DNA of 45,257 nt from an uncultured Methanosarcinales archaeon (lineage in GTDB: Archaea; Nanobdellota; Nanobdellia; Woesearchaeales; CAYNLP01): NCBI GenBank assembly GCA_964398115.1, contig CAYNLP010000005.1:1-45257 (forward strand). The letters are read 5' to 3'. The notes below the pieces were generated by a model. It did not search any database. It was not told the DNA's origin and worked only from the letters and a program-made list of their open reading frames with translations. The translations under genes were made by a program, and so were the position numbers. Shown one piece after another: positions 24,150 to 33,148 of the stretch; position 1 is the first letter of the stretch, and every line of letters begins with the position of its first letter.

Positions 24150-25815
24150 CCTCTTCCTCCTTTCCTATCTTCGCAAATTCTTCGTCATATTCAGGGTTTT
24201 CACTCGGATCAAAGCTTAAATCTTCAAGTTCACCACGATCTTTTTTCAACACTAGTTCTAGCCTTTCTTCAATTTCTTTCCTTTTGGCACTGGGCAAGTC
24301 TAACAGTTCACCTAAACCAGTGGCGACGTGAGGCATGTATTGTTCGATAAAGTTTCTTTTCTTCCTCTCTTTCTTAATACGTTGTTTCTTCTTAGTGTAC
24401 TTTTTGAGCTTTCTCCCTGCTTGCTGCATTGCAAGCTTTAACTCTTCTTCGATGTCGGGATAGTGAGCTATTGCTTCCTTGCTTTCTGAAGTGAATGGAA
24501 CCCATGGGCTTGCCATGTGAACGACTATTGTGCAAGGACCTTTTGGCAAGTTGTTCCCAGACTGGTCTAATCCGTAAGTTTTCCAATTAACTTCTCCAGC
24601 CATTTTTGTAATAGCGCAACTACCTTGCTGGTATAAGAGTGGAACTCTATTGGCGTATCGGTAGAGGTCTATAGAACTTTCTTTATCTTGTTCTCCTCCG
24701 TATGCGATTGAAACTTCTATTTGGAATGGGTATCCTCGATAAACTTCAGGTTTTCGAGTGACGCTACAGTAATATTCAGCATTTACTTCTTTCCGCAATC
24801 CTTTTTCCAGTAGTTCTTCACCAATAGGTTGTATGCATTCCGTTGGTGGACTCATAATATCCGTTTTTTGAATACCCTCTAAGAGTTGTTCCGCATGTTT
24901 CCTCTTCATACGAACGGGAACTCTCGAAGGATCTAACCTGGCGTTTTCACAAATTTCTTCAGCCGTTCCTCTACCAACACGTGTAAATTCTTTTTGTAAG
25001 AATTGATTTAGTCTTCTCGTATTTGTAGCTTCCAACATTTTTATCAGCATTCCTAGTTCTACACCGTGCGGATGAGGTTTGATCTCATCTGGCAGGTCAG
25101 GAACTGTTTCTGCTCCTCTTGTAAAGATTACTTGTTCACTTCTAGGGTTGGTGTATATTATCGTGGCGTGCGGGTTGGTAATACTAGTCTGTTTCAAGTA
25201 TTCATCTACAGATCTTTTCCCTTTTCTGTACCTACCTTCTAGGTCAAGCTGGATTTTAATACCATGGTCTTTTTCTTCATCCCACTCAACAATTTCTTCT
25301 GTGATAATTTCCGGTTTATTCTTTTTTGTATCAATCTTTAATTCATAATAGTGAGCGTCTTCATCCGGTCCAATCTTCGACCAAATCTTTACTGGCCTGC
25401 CAGTGGTGAGTTGAGCGTACATCACGCTGGCACTAATCCCTATTCCTTGTTGTCCTCTTTCTTGCCTTAACTTGTGGAATTTACTTCCGTATAAGAGTTT
25501 ACCAAATACTTTAGGCAAGTTGTCTTTGACAATGCCCGGCCCGTTGTCTTCAATCACTACTCTGTATCGGTCGTCATCCATGTCGAAAATGTCAATTTTT
25601 ATTTCTGGTAGGATGTTAGCTTCTTCACAAGCATCTAAAGAATTGTCTACTGCTTCCTTCACGGTAGTTAGTAAAGCTTTCTTAGGGTTGTCGAAACCTA
25701 GTAAGTGTCGATTTTTTTCGAAGAATTCTGCGACAGAAATCGATTTTTGTTCTTTTGCAAGTTCAACAGCTGCCGGTGTATCCATAGCTCCTAGTTGTTT
25801 CTGTTTTTCAGCCAT
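24136..25815 (-). CDS. top6B: DNA topoisomerase VI subunit B (GHKL ATPase)
   Basis: Bergerat-fold motifs EAVDNSLDA, DNGPGI and GQQGIG. Overlaps top6A by 14 nt. Confidence 0.93.
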   Translation of the reverse strand: MAEKQKQLGAMDTPAAVELAKEQKSISVAEFFEKNRHLLGFDNPKKALLTTVKEAVDNSLDACEEANILPEIKIDIFDMDDDRYRVVIEDNGPGIVKDNLPKVFGKLLYGSKFHKLRQERGQQGIGISASVMYAQLTTGRPVKIWSKIGPDEDAHYYELKIDTKKNKPEIITEEIVEWDEEKDHGIKIQLDLEGRYRKGKRSVDEYLKQTSITNPHATIIYTNPRSEQVIFTRGAETVPDLPDEIKPHPHGVELGMLIKMLEATNTRRLNQFLQKEFTRVGRGTAEEICENARLDPSRVPVRMKRKHAEQLLEGIQKTDIMSPPTECIQPIGEELLEKGLRKEVNAEYYCSVTRKPEVYRGYPFQIEVSIAYGGEQDKESSIDLYRYANRVPLLYQQGSCAITKMAGEVNWKTYGLDQSGNNLPKGPCTIVVHMASPWVPFTSESKEAIAHYPDIEEELKLAMQQAGRKLKKYTKKKQRIKKERKKRNFIEQYMPHVATGLGELLDLPSAKRKEIEERLELVLKKDRGELEDLSFDPSENPEYDEEFAKIGKEEEDGEG

Positions 25816-25867
25816 ATCCTCCCACTCATTAAATTCTAAAGACTTAGCTCTTTTATAAATATTCCTC

Positions 25868-26410
25868 TCACGGATTTAGCAATTCTCTTTTTTTCAATTT
25901 TTTAATACTTTCAGTGGCTTCTTTGAAAGCGTTTGCGTGTGGAGCTCCGTTCAGTAATTTTTCAACAGTTCTCCTAGCTATTTGTACTCTTTCTACTGTT
26001 CCGATAATCGCGACGGTTTTTCCATAGACGGATACGTAGCTTTCCGTGATAGTTTCTATCTGTTCCCTTGATTTGCCATTTTTTCCTATCACGCGTCCTC
26101 TTGCCCTCTCTAAATGATTACTTTTATCCTTGACGTGATCCGTTATCTTGATAAGGTCTAATGTGTAGTCTTGTTTTAATAACAGCTTTGCGAGTTTAGG
26201 GTTGAAACCTCTGCCGATTGCTTTTACCACATCTTGCAGTTCGAACAAAATGAGGTTGTCTTCTCCTTTCAAAGTGACTTCCCCTGTTTTGCTATCAACT
26301 ATTACTTCACTATCAGTAGATTCTTCTAGTTCTTTCTTAGTCTCTCCATCGGTTCCGATGAGAACTCCGACTCTTTCTTTCGGTATTCTCAGCTTGTAAC
26401 TGTATTCCAT
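25868..26410 (-). CDS. KH-domain RNA-binding protein (archaeal Dim2/Pno1-like)
   Basis: Two KH-like units with GxxG loops (IGTDGETKK, IGKNGKSRE). Confidence 0.8.
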   Translation of the reverse strand: MEYSYKLRIPKERVGVLIGTDGETKKELEESTDSEVIVDSKTGEVTLKGEDNLILFELQDVVKAIGRGFNPKLAKLLLKQDYTLDLIKITDHVKDKSNHLERARGRVIGKNGKSREQIETITESYVSVYGKTVAIIGTVERVQIARRTVEKLLNGAPHANAFKEATESIKKLKKRELLNP

Positions 26411-26444
26411 GAAAAAAAGAAAAAGAGAAAGAGTTTAAAAAAAT

Positions 26445-27641
26445 TTAGATGTCTTCTGAAGTGACTACGTTGATCTTTGAATCTTTCACTTCAGAGTCCA
26501 TCCCTATTAGGTGTGTGACGCCGACTTCTTCGGCGGTTTGTAGCAAGTCGTCGTTGACTGTTCCGTCGAAGACGACAGCGTAAATTCCTGTGTCTAAGCT
26601 TTTAATTGTGCTTTCGAGCTCGGTAACAGGTACTTTACCAAGTATTTGCAAGTCGTCGTCTAAGACGAAAGCTCCTCTTGTTCCTATGAGTTCGTCTTCT
26701 AGCATGTCGGAGAATTTTTCTTTTTCGTCGTTGGTGAGTTTCTTCTCTACTTTGACTTTACTTTTTGTTTTTACTTCTTTCTTGCTTTTACTTTTTTTCT
26801 CTTCTTGTTCTCCGATTTCAAGTTTGTATTGTTCCGAAGCTATCTTGCCACGGATTGCTTTGTGGATTTCTTTCTTGGTGAGTTCTTCTACTTCTTTTCC
26901 GTCTGGAGCTTTTGTGACAAAGTCTACTTCTGCTGTGTCGAACAACGTTTTGATTATCAAGTCGCCTCCTCTGTCACCATCAACGAATGCTGTTATAATT
27001 TTCTTCTGGCTCAAGTCTTTGATGGTTTGGGGTACGTCGCTGCCGTTCAATGCTATCACGTTTTTGAAACCTCTCTTTAAGAGGTTTAGAACGTCTGCTC
27101 TTCCTTCTACTACTATTACTTCGTCACTTTCTTCTACTTGTGGGCCGCAGGGAAGGTTGTCTTTACCGTATTTTTTAATTTCCATCGCTCGCACACTGTG
27201 TGCGACTTCGTCAGACAGTTCTTGACTATCTGGCATTGACCGGTCCATCATGTCTTTCAAAAGTTCTTTTGCTCTGGATACGACTTGTTTTCTCTTACTC
27301 ACTCTAACGTCTTCTATTTTATCTACTGTCACATCTGCGTTGCATGGACCTATTCTTTCTATGATTTCCAGAGCTGATCCTATGATGGAAGTTTCGGCTT
27401 TATCCATTGAACTTGGGATTGTTATGGTTCCTGTCGTTTTACCTTTCTTTGTTTCTACGTCAACTTCTATTCTTCCTATTCGTCCACTTCTCTGTAGTTC
27501 ACGTAGTTCTAATTCGGAGCCTAGTAATCCTTCGGTTTGTCCGAAAATCGCTCCGATGACATCTGGGCGGTCGACGACGCCGTCAACTTCTATGTCTGCA
27601 TTGATGATGTATTTTGCTGAAACTTGTGCAATTTTACCCAT
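26445..27641 (-). CDS. dnaG: archaeal DnaG-type primase / exosome-associated TOPRIM protein
   Basis: VVEGRADV and DGDRGGDLI TOPRIM motifs. GGAGG Shine-Dalgarno site 8 nt upstream of the ATG. Confidence 0.9.
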   Translation of the reverse strand: MGKIAQVSAKYIINADIEVDGVVDRPDVIGAIFGQTEGLLGSELELRELQRSGRIGRIEVDVETKKGKTTGTITIPSSMDKAETSIIGSALEIIERIGPCNADVTVDKIEDVRVSKRKQVVSRAKELLKDMMDRSMPDSQELSDEVAHSVRAMEIKKYGKDNLPCGPQVEESDEVIVVEGRADVLNLLKRGFKNVIALNGSDVPQTIKDLSQKKIITAFVDGDRGGDLIIKTLFDTAEVDFVTKAPDGKEVEELTKKEIHKAIRGKIASEQYKLEIGEQEEKKSKSKKEVKTKSKVKVEKKLTNDEKEKFSDMLEDELIGTRGAFVLDDDLQILGKVPVTELESTIKSLDTGIYAVVFDGTVNDDLLQTAEEVGVTHLIGMDSEVKDSKINVVTSEDI

Positions 27642-27642
27642 T

Positions 27643-27659
27643 GTGATCGCCTCCGATTT
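27643..27659. repeat. left copy of a 17-bp imperfect direct repeat (GTGATCGCCTCCGATTT)
   Basis: Matches 27902-27918 (GTCATCGCCTCCCATTT) at 15 of 17 positions. This copy contains the dnaG Shine-Dalgarno site on the minus strand. Confidence 0.7.
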
Positions 27660-27955
27660 CTGTGTACCATCAACTAGAGGGAGAACTAGCTATCACGTAC
27701 TCGGGTGAATGTGATTGAGTGATGTTGAAATCCTCCCTCACTCTCCCCCTGTAATACTGGGGGTTTTAGTGATGGTTTATTTTGTGATTGTGAAGTTGTG
27801 TTGCCCGGAACACTAACTCTCACGCTCATCGCTTTAGCGTGACGCTTGGCTCCCGAGAGTAACTCTCGTGCCGGGCTGGGATGTGCAGGAGTGTCTCCAA
27901 CGTCATCGCCTCCCATTTGCAGGATGGCTACGCAGAGTACCCGTATGCACATCTA
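27660..27955. ncRNA. candidate structured non-coding RNA or small inserted element; identity and strand unresolved
   Basis: A 358-bp gap between co-directional genes in an otherwise gap-free genome. The gap is clearly more GC-rich than its surroundings. Several perfect hairpins: 27820-27826/27836-27842, 27854-27859/27863-27868, 27888-27891/27895-27898, 27745-27749/27759-27763, 27677-27683/27733-27739. The only ORF here (27686..27952, minus strand) has no protein-like features. Confidence 0.4.
27902..27918. repeat. right copy of the 17-bp imperfect direct repeat
   Basis: GTCATCGCCTCCCATTT; see 27643-27659. Confidence 0.7.
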
Positions 27956-27999
27956 CCTATTAAATAGAAAAATGAAATTTAAAAAGATTACTGTAAGGA

Positions 28000-29268
28000 T
28001 TATGAGCAATTTGTGATTGTTCTAAGACGTTCTAGGCTTTGAACTCCTTTATACTGTTTTCCATTTACAATCCAAGTGGGATATGCTTCTATATTCTTGT
28101 CTTCGCATACTTGTCTTTGTTCTTTCAAAGTGTTTGGAAGTGAACACTCGACGTATTTTATCTGCTTGCTGAGTTTTCCTAACTTTTTCACTTGTTGTTG
28201 TGTTTTTGTATCCCATTTTGCCCCGAATAGAACAGCATTTTGTGCTATGCAGGAGGTTATATTCATTTGGTTTTCATCACTTTGCTGGGTTAGATTCTTT
28301 ATCTGTTTATCTAGTAGATAGTTTTGTATGGTGGCGTTATCTCTTAACTGGCTTAAGTATTGTCTGTAAGCTCTTTGTTTTTGAGCTTGTAGCATCTGTT
28401 CTTCTATCTGAGATTTTACTGAATTAAATCTCTGAACTCTTTCGTCGGTGGTTGAAACTTTGTAAACCACGTGGTATCCTAGAGAGGTGTTGATTACTTC
28501 AGATTGGTCGTTTCGTAACTGCATTGATTTATTTATGAATGCGCTTGGTAGTCCTGATCTTTTCGTAACGTTGTAAGTTCCGCAAGCAGATTCTCTACTT
28601 CCTAAATATTTTAGTGATATGTTGCACAATTGTTGGAATCCTTGACTTTTTGCTTGGTTCCAAATGTTATTTGCAATTGCCCGTGCTTCAGCTCTTGATC
28701 GATTTCTGGTTGAAACGAGGGTTTGCATCACGGTTGCTTTTTTAGGAACTATGAATTCTTCGGCGTGGTTTTCATAATATTTTCTTAATTCTTCTTCTGA
28801 AATGTTTAAGGCACCTATTTCTTGTTTCAATAGTTTATTGATTAAAACTTGTTCTTCCATAAGAGTTCTTAAATGATCTTTTGACATTCCTTGCATTTCT
28901 AGAACTCTGTTAAGAGTTGTTTCATTCAAACCCTGCCGTTCCATGTAGGCTTGGAGTTGTTGATCTATTTCTGACTTAGATGCTTTTAATCCTAACTCGT
29001 CAATTGTTTGTTGTAAGAGTTTTTCTTGAATTATCTGGTTTAATATCATTTCTCGAGTGTAAGATTCTTGCATTCTCGTAGGTAAATCTTTCATCCGTGA
29101 TTTTAATTCACTTTCGTATATGTCTTCTCCGTTAACGGTTGCTACTACTTCACCTTGTGAAAAAAATATTTCTACCGCGGTGAATGTAAAGGCTACAGCT
29201 AGAAGTAATATTATTGCTAGTACAAAATTTATCACGTCTTCATTCTCTTCTAAAAATCCTTTTCCCAT
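28000..29268 (-). CDS. membrane-anchored PpiC/SurA-like chaperone fused to a VKOR-type thioredoxin-like domain that lacks the CXXC
   Basis: N-terminal TM helix, then a SurA_N-like VATVNGEDIYESEL, then a parvulin-like segment ending LGYHVVYKV. The C-terminus LFGAKWDTKTQQQVKKLG..YVEC..CEDKNIEAYPTWIVNGKQYKGVQSLERL..C has the pattern of the Trx-like domain fused to bacterial VKOR. TTTTTATAC lies 23 nt upstream of the ATG at 29268, which favours a leaderless start over the track start at 29328. Confidence 0.7.
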   Translation of the reverse strand: MGKGFLEENEDVINFVLAIILLLAVAFTFTAVEIFFSQGEVVATVNGEDIYESELKSRMKDLPTRMQESYTREMILNQIIQEKLLQQTIDELGLKASKSEIDQQLQAYMERQGLNETTLNRVLEMQGMSKDHLRTLMEEQVLINKLLKQEIGALNISEEELRKYYENHAEEFIVPKKATVMQTLVSTRNRSRAEARAIANNIWNQAKSQGFQQLCNISLKYLGSRESACGTYNVTKRSGLPSAFINKSMQLRNDQSEVINTSLGYHVVYKVSTTDERVQRFNSVKSQIEEQMLQAQKQRAYRQYLSQLRDNATIQNYLLDKQIKNLTQQSDENQMNITSCIAQNAVLFGAKWDTKTQQQVKKLGKLSKQIKYVECSLPNTLKEQRQVCEDKNIEAYPTWIVNGKQYKGVQSLERLRTITNCS

Positions 29269-29358
29269 CACTCGGGAGGAACAACATTTTGTATAAAAAG
29301 TTTTGGGTGAGATGGTAATCAAAACCATTTTAAACTTCTCTCACCAGAACTAGAATTG

Positions 29359-30678
29359 ATGGCGAGAGAAATAGTTATAGGACGGACTAAGGCAGACAAG
29401 GAAAAGTTTAATCTTGACGGCACTATTCTTCTAGGCAAACATTATGTAAAGATGGGCCAGAGAACTAGCTTGTCCAATCCTATCTATTTTGATATGAATA
29501 GAAGTCACGTCGTGTTTGTGTGTGGGAAAAGAGGTTCTGGAAAGAGCTATACCCTTGGGGTGATGGCCGAAGGCATGGCTGACCTTCCAAAGGAGATCAA
29601 AGATAATCTTTCTATAGTGATTTTTGACACCATGGGGGTTTATTGGAGTATGAAATATCCTAATAAGGAAGATCGTGAATTGCTTGAAGAGTGGGATATG
29701 GAACCCAAAGGTTTAGACGTACAAATTTATACTCCAGAAGGTTATTATGAAGAAGCACGTGATGAAGGGATACCTGTTGACGATTCTTTTTCTATAAGAG
29801 TTTCAGAGCTTGATCCTAGAGATTGGCAAGAAACTTTTGGAGTGGAAGACACTTCAGAAGTTGGCGTTTTAATTGAACGCGTGGTGAACGAGTTGAAGGA
29901 TGAGGGAGAGTTATTTGATATTGATGATATAATTGAAAGGATTGAAAATAGTGAGAAATCACAGGATAATATTAAGGAAGCTGCGAAGAACAGGTTTTTC
30001 AACGCGAAAGAATGGGGGATTTTCGATAAGGAAGGAACCCCTATTAATGAACTTGCAGAAGCGGGTCAAGTCACGGTTTTAGACATTTCAGCTTACGCCA
30101 CTATGCCCGGGAGTTGGAATATTAAAAGTTTAGTGACGGGTTTGATTTCTGAAAAATTGTTCGTGCAACGTATGAAAGCTAGGAAAGATGAAGAGTTCGA
30201 AACCATTCATCAAAGAGTGCAGTATTATGAAACTGAGGATGAAACGATGGATTTCCCCTTGGTTTGGTTGATGATTGACGAGGCTCATGAATTCTTACCG
30301 AATGAAGGTAAAACTTTAGCTACCGATCCATTAGTTACTATATTGAGAGAGGGGCGTCAACCAGGGGTTTCTTTAATCTTGGCCAGTCAACAACCTGGTA
30401 AGATACACACGGATGTCATGACGCAGGCGGACACTGTAATTTGTCATAGGATTACAGCGCAAATTGACATTGAAGCCTTGGGTAATTTAATGCAGAGTTA
30501 TATGAGGGCTTCGTTAGACAACTTCATTGATAATTTACCTCGGGAGAAAGGAGCTGCTCTCATCTTGGATGATAATAATGAAAAGATGTATACTATGAGA
30601 GTCAGGCCTAGAGTTTCATGGCATGGAGGGGCTGCACCACAAGCACTTCCCGAAGAGAGAGAAGAATTATTGCTATAA
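29359..30678 (+). CDS. HerA/FtsK-like P-loop ATPase (DUF87-type)
   Basis: Walker A CGKRGSGKSYT, Walker B VWLMIDEAHEF, and a conserved ASQQPG segment. TTTTAAAC box about 25 nt upstream of the ATG at 29359; the track start is TTG at 29356. Confidence 0.75.
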   Translation: MAREIVIGRTKADKEKFNLDGTILLGKHYVKMGQRTSLSNPIYFDMNRSHVVFVCGKRGSGKSYTLGVMAEGMADLPKEIKDNLSIVIFDTMGVYWSMKYPNKEDRELLEEWDMEPKGLDVQIYTPEGYYEEARDEGIPVDDSFSIRVSELDPRDWQETFGVEDTSEVGVLIERVVNELKDEGELFDIDDIIERIENSEKSQDNIKEAAKNRFFNAKEWGIFDKEGTPINELAEAGQVTVLDISAYATMPGSWNIKSLVTGLISEKLFVQRMKARKDEEFETIHQRVQYYETEDETMDFPLVWLMIDEAHEFLPNEGKTLATDPLVTILREGRQPGVSLILASQQPGKIHTDVMTQADTVICHRITAQIDIEALGNLMQSYMRASLDNFIDNLPREKGAALILDDNNEKMYTMRVRPRVSWHGGAAPQALPEEREELLL

Positions 30679-30753
30679 AAATCCGGTTTTTTTATCAATA
30701 AGTTTAAATATAATGTTTCGTTTTTCTTCTTTACTAGGGGGTATGTTGGTAAG

Positions 30754-31053
30754 ATGGCTTTTCAAAAATCGTTTCCTAAGAGAACGGATAAGTCTAATTA
30801 TCCGACGTGGGAAGAAGTAGAACTTTCTGATGAAGAGGAGAAGAAAGTTGAAGAGAGTGCTAGGAAGGAGAATATTAAGATAATGGCGGAGTGCATCGCC
30901 GACGCTCGAAGGTTGTTTAAAAAGAACGATATGGATAAAAGCCAAAATGACATTATCGAAGTTGCGAAATCGTTGTTTGACAAGAGAGCTAGTCATCAAG
31001 TTTATCATAAAGAGAAAGCTGCAAAGGAAAAGTTTGATAAAAAGTTCAAGTAG
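30754..31053 (+). CDS. hypothetical charged protein
   Basis: 99-aa ORF preceded by a TATA-like TTTAAATATA and a T7 run that ends the upstream gene. No recognised motif. Confidence 0.45.
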   Translation: MAFQKSFPKRTDKSNYPTWEEVELSDEEEKKVEESARKENIKIMAECIADARRLFKKNDMDKSQNDIIEVAKSLFDKRASHQVYHKEKAAKEKFDKKFK

Positions 31054-32026
31054 GATAAACAAACTTCTGCGTCTTTCCTTGAATGTCTCTGACTAAACTT
31101 TTTGACTTATCGAAATGTCCGAAGTTAACAGCTTTTAAGTTGTCTTCTTCCGACCTTTCTAAACTTTTCTCTAAAATTTCAAAACCGTTTTTTCTAACAG
31201 TTGTTTGCGTGACTTTTCCTATCATTTCTTCATCTTCTATAACGGGTAGTCGTCTAAATCCTTTATCCAGCATTAGCCTGTTAGCGTCGAACAAATCCAC
31301 TTCTGAGTCAACGGCTACTAAGGGAAATGACATTACTTCTTTCATTTTCAAATCTTGCATTTCTTCAGGGTTAAGAGCGAGTTGGCTTAAGAAGTCAAAC
31401 TCGGTAAAAGTACCTACTAGGTCGTCATCTACTACGTAGATAGATCCTGTATTGTTGTCAATCATTTTTTCATGTGTTTCTTCAATGGTGGCATCCGCCT
31501 TGACAGTTATGGCTTCTTTCATCACCTTTCTGACATTCAGTGAATCGCTAGTTTTGAATTTGAATCCTTGGTAGAATTCATCCATTCGGCTCACAAGATC
31601 TGTTTGTGTTATGATGCCGACGAGTTTCTCGTTTTCTGTCACTACTACTTTTCGGAACTTGTGTTTGTTCATTAAGTCGCTTACTTCAGTTAAAGACAGG
31701 GAGGGATGGACTGTTACTACGTCGGTCGTCATTATATCACTCACGGGAGTTTCCTTCATCTCTTCTGTTTTTTGAGGGGTTTGTCTTAGGAAATCCCTTT
31801 CCGTGATTATCCCTACTGGTTTTTGGGTGTCGAACTCTTCAACTACCAAGCCTGAGATGTGTTCTCCGATCATGATGTTAGCAGCGTCTACCAGTTTTTC
31901 GTCTGGAGACACTGTCACAACGTTAGAGGTCATGTCATCCTCTACTTCTAGTTCACTCCAGTTCTTTAATCTTTTTTTGAACTGGGACGTGTCTGTCTTT
32001 CCTAAGAGTTTGTTGAAAAAACCCAT
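31046..32026 (-). CDS. CBS-domain protein (four CBS repeats)
   Basis: Four repeated CBS-like units, for example VMTSNVVTVSPDEKLVDAANIM..ISGLVV and IMTTDVVTVHPSLSLTEVSDLM. Confidence 0.8.
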   Translation of the reverse strand: MGFFNKLLGKTDTSQFKKRLKNWSELEVEDDMTSNVVTVSPDEKLVDAANIMIGEHISGLVVEEFDTQKPVGIITERDFLRQTPQKTEEMKETPVSDIMTTDVVTVHPSLSLTEVSDLMNKHKFRKVVVTENEKLVGIITQTDLVSRMDEFYQGFKFKTSDSLNVRKVMKEAITVKADATIEETHEKMIDNNTGSIYVVDDDLVGTFTEFDFLSQLALNPEEMQDLKMKEVMSFPLVAVDSEVDLFDANRLMLDKGFRRLPVIEDEEMIGKVTQTTVRKNGFEILEKSLERSEEDNLKAVNFGHFDKSKSLVRDIQGKTQKFVYPT

Positions 32027-32029
32027 CTT

Positions 32030-32767
32030 TTAACTTTCAGGTTGTGCCACGTCTTCTTCATCCAGTGAGTTGATGGACAGGTCTCTGAACTCTATCGTAT
32101 CGCCATTGTCCAATGTTATCTTGCCTGGTAGTCCGTAGAATTCTACGATTCTCATCTCGCCGCTTCTATCATCTTCTGTTGTGAACTCTACGCTTAACGT
32201 GGCTCTACTTTCGTATTGAGGACCAGATCCTTTGTAGGTTGCGCTTTTGATGTCTTTCAACCACTGATAGGGTGTTTTCTTGTAGTACTGGTCGTAATCA
32301 ACGTCGGTGTATTTTACAGTGCCGTTTGGACATCTGTTAAGGTCTCTTTTTTCACACCATCCAACAGCGGTTTTAGTGTTGGTATCTAGGTAGACGTGTG
32401 TGAAGGATGGCGCTCTTGTTTTATCCCTTGGCTGTGGAAGGTCGACTTTGATAGTGTTTCCCACCACTTTATATGTTCTTTGTGGTTTATTATTTGGTGG
32501 ACCTACGTAGGTGTAGGAGAAGCTGTTGACGTTGTTTTCAACTTTTTTAATCATATCTTTCACTTCAGAATCTATCGTTGCTTTTTCTGTTTCGTTCTCT
32601 TCTTGTTGAGGTGGAGCTGGGGGAGTTGCATTTTCTGGTTCTTGTGTTTCTTCTTCAGGTTCTTCTTGTTCAGGAATTGATTCTTCTGGCGGTGCTTGCT
32701 GCTGTTGACCACAGGCTGCTAATATTAGAAGTGATGTGATTAATCCGAATAGTAGTACTTTTTTCAT
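32030..32767 (-). CDS. lipoprotein of unknown function with a Pro/Glu/Gln-rich linker
   Basis: MKKVLLFGLITSLLILAACG lipobox, then a low-complexity QQQAPPEESIPEQEEPEEE linker and a globular C-terminal domain. Confidence 0.7.
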   Translation of the reverse strand: MKKVLLFGLITSLLILAACGQQQQAPPEESIPEQEEPEEETQEPENATPPAPPQQEENETEKATIDSEVKDMIKKVENNVNSFSYTYVGPPNNKPQRTYKVVGNTIKVDLPQPRDKTRAPSFTHVYLDTNTKTAVGWCEKRDLNRCPNGTVKYTDVDYDQYYKKTPYQWLKDIKSATYKGSGPQYESRATLSVEFTTEDDRSGEMRIVEFYGLPGKITLDNGDTIEFRDLSINSLDEEDVAQPES

Positions 32768-33129
32768 GATTTACCTCCGCATTTTCCTCCGCAACAGGAC
32801 CCTTCTTTTTTGAGTCCTCCTACGAGGATTTTTCCGTTTTCTTGTTTGACTTTATATGTGTCGACGTTTGCTTCGTGGCTTGGACTTTCGCCGGTTGTTA
32901 TATCGAATTCCCATCCGTGCCAGGGACAAGCTACTACTTTGTCATCGACCATTATCCCGTCTGCTAATGGTCCTCCTTGGTGAGGGCAGACGTGGTTTAT
33001 CGCATATAATTCTCCTTCTATTTGGAATAATGCTATGTGATTGTCTTCTGGCCCGTGAACCATGATTCCTTCACCTTCTGTTATTTCGTCTTTGTCAGCT
33101 ACTTCTACCCACTCACTCATATCTTTCAT
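32764..33129 (-). CDS. Rieske [2Fe-2S] domain protein (NirD-like) with a Cys/Gly-rich C-terminal tail
   Basis: CPHQGGPL and CPWHGWEF Rieske motifs. The tail is GSCCGGKCGGKS. ATGA overlap with the lipoprotein gene. Confidence 0.85.
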   Translation of the reverse strand: MKDMSEWVEVADKDEITEGEGIMVHGPEDNHIALFQIEGELYAINHVCPHQGGPLADGIMVDDKVVACPWHGWEFDITTGESPSHEANVDTYKVKQENGKILVGGLKKEGSCCGGKCGGKS

Positions 33130-33148
33130 GAAGAATTAAACGTTATTT

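Noticed and set aside
27641-27665. ACAGAAAUCGGAGGCGAU on the minus strand, resembling the RNase P CR-V/P4 3' strand
   Set aside because: No matching CR-I or P4 5' strand (GGAAAGUCC-like, or a complement of UCGGAGG) exists in the block. The GGAGG is simply the dnaG Shine-Dalgarno site.
26590-27708. Long plus-strand ORFs (211 aa, 91 aa, 152 aa) antisense to dnaG
   Set aside because: These are shadow ORFs opposite a well-supported gene. Their translations are Ser/Leu/Phe-rich low complexity, typical of antisense frames of AT-rich, Glu/Lys-rich genes.
27800-27890. 5S rRNA-like strings (CCCGGAACACUAAC…UCACG and GCUGGGAUG)
   Set aside because: The resemblance to the 5S loop C/helix III region is partial, since the GGAAGUUAAGC core is missing. 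No complementary 5' and 3' ends exist to form helix I. Not a 5S gene.
27686-27952. 88-aa ORF on the minus strand inside the GC-rich block
   Set aside because: The translation (MCIRVLCVAILQMGGDDVGDTPAHPSP…) has no protein-like features and no SD or TATA in a suitable position. It coincides with densely hairpinned DNA. I treat it as a by-product of GC-rich non-coding sequence.
29269-29328. Upstream start (29328) for the PpiC/Trx-like gene
   Set aside because: This start would leave only 30 bp for two divergent promoters. The ATG at 29268 lies 23 nt downstream of a TATA element and gives a normal N-terminal membrane anchor.
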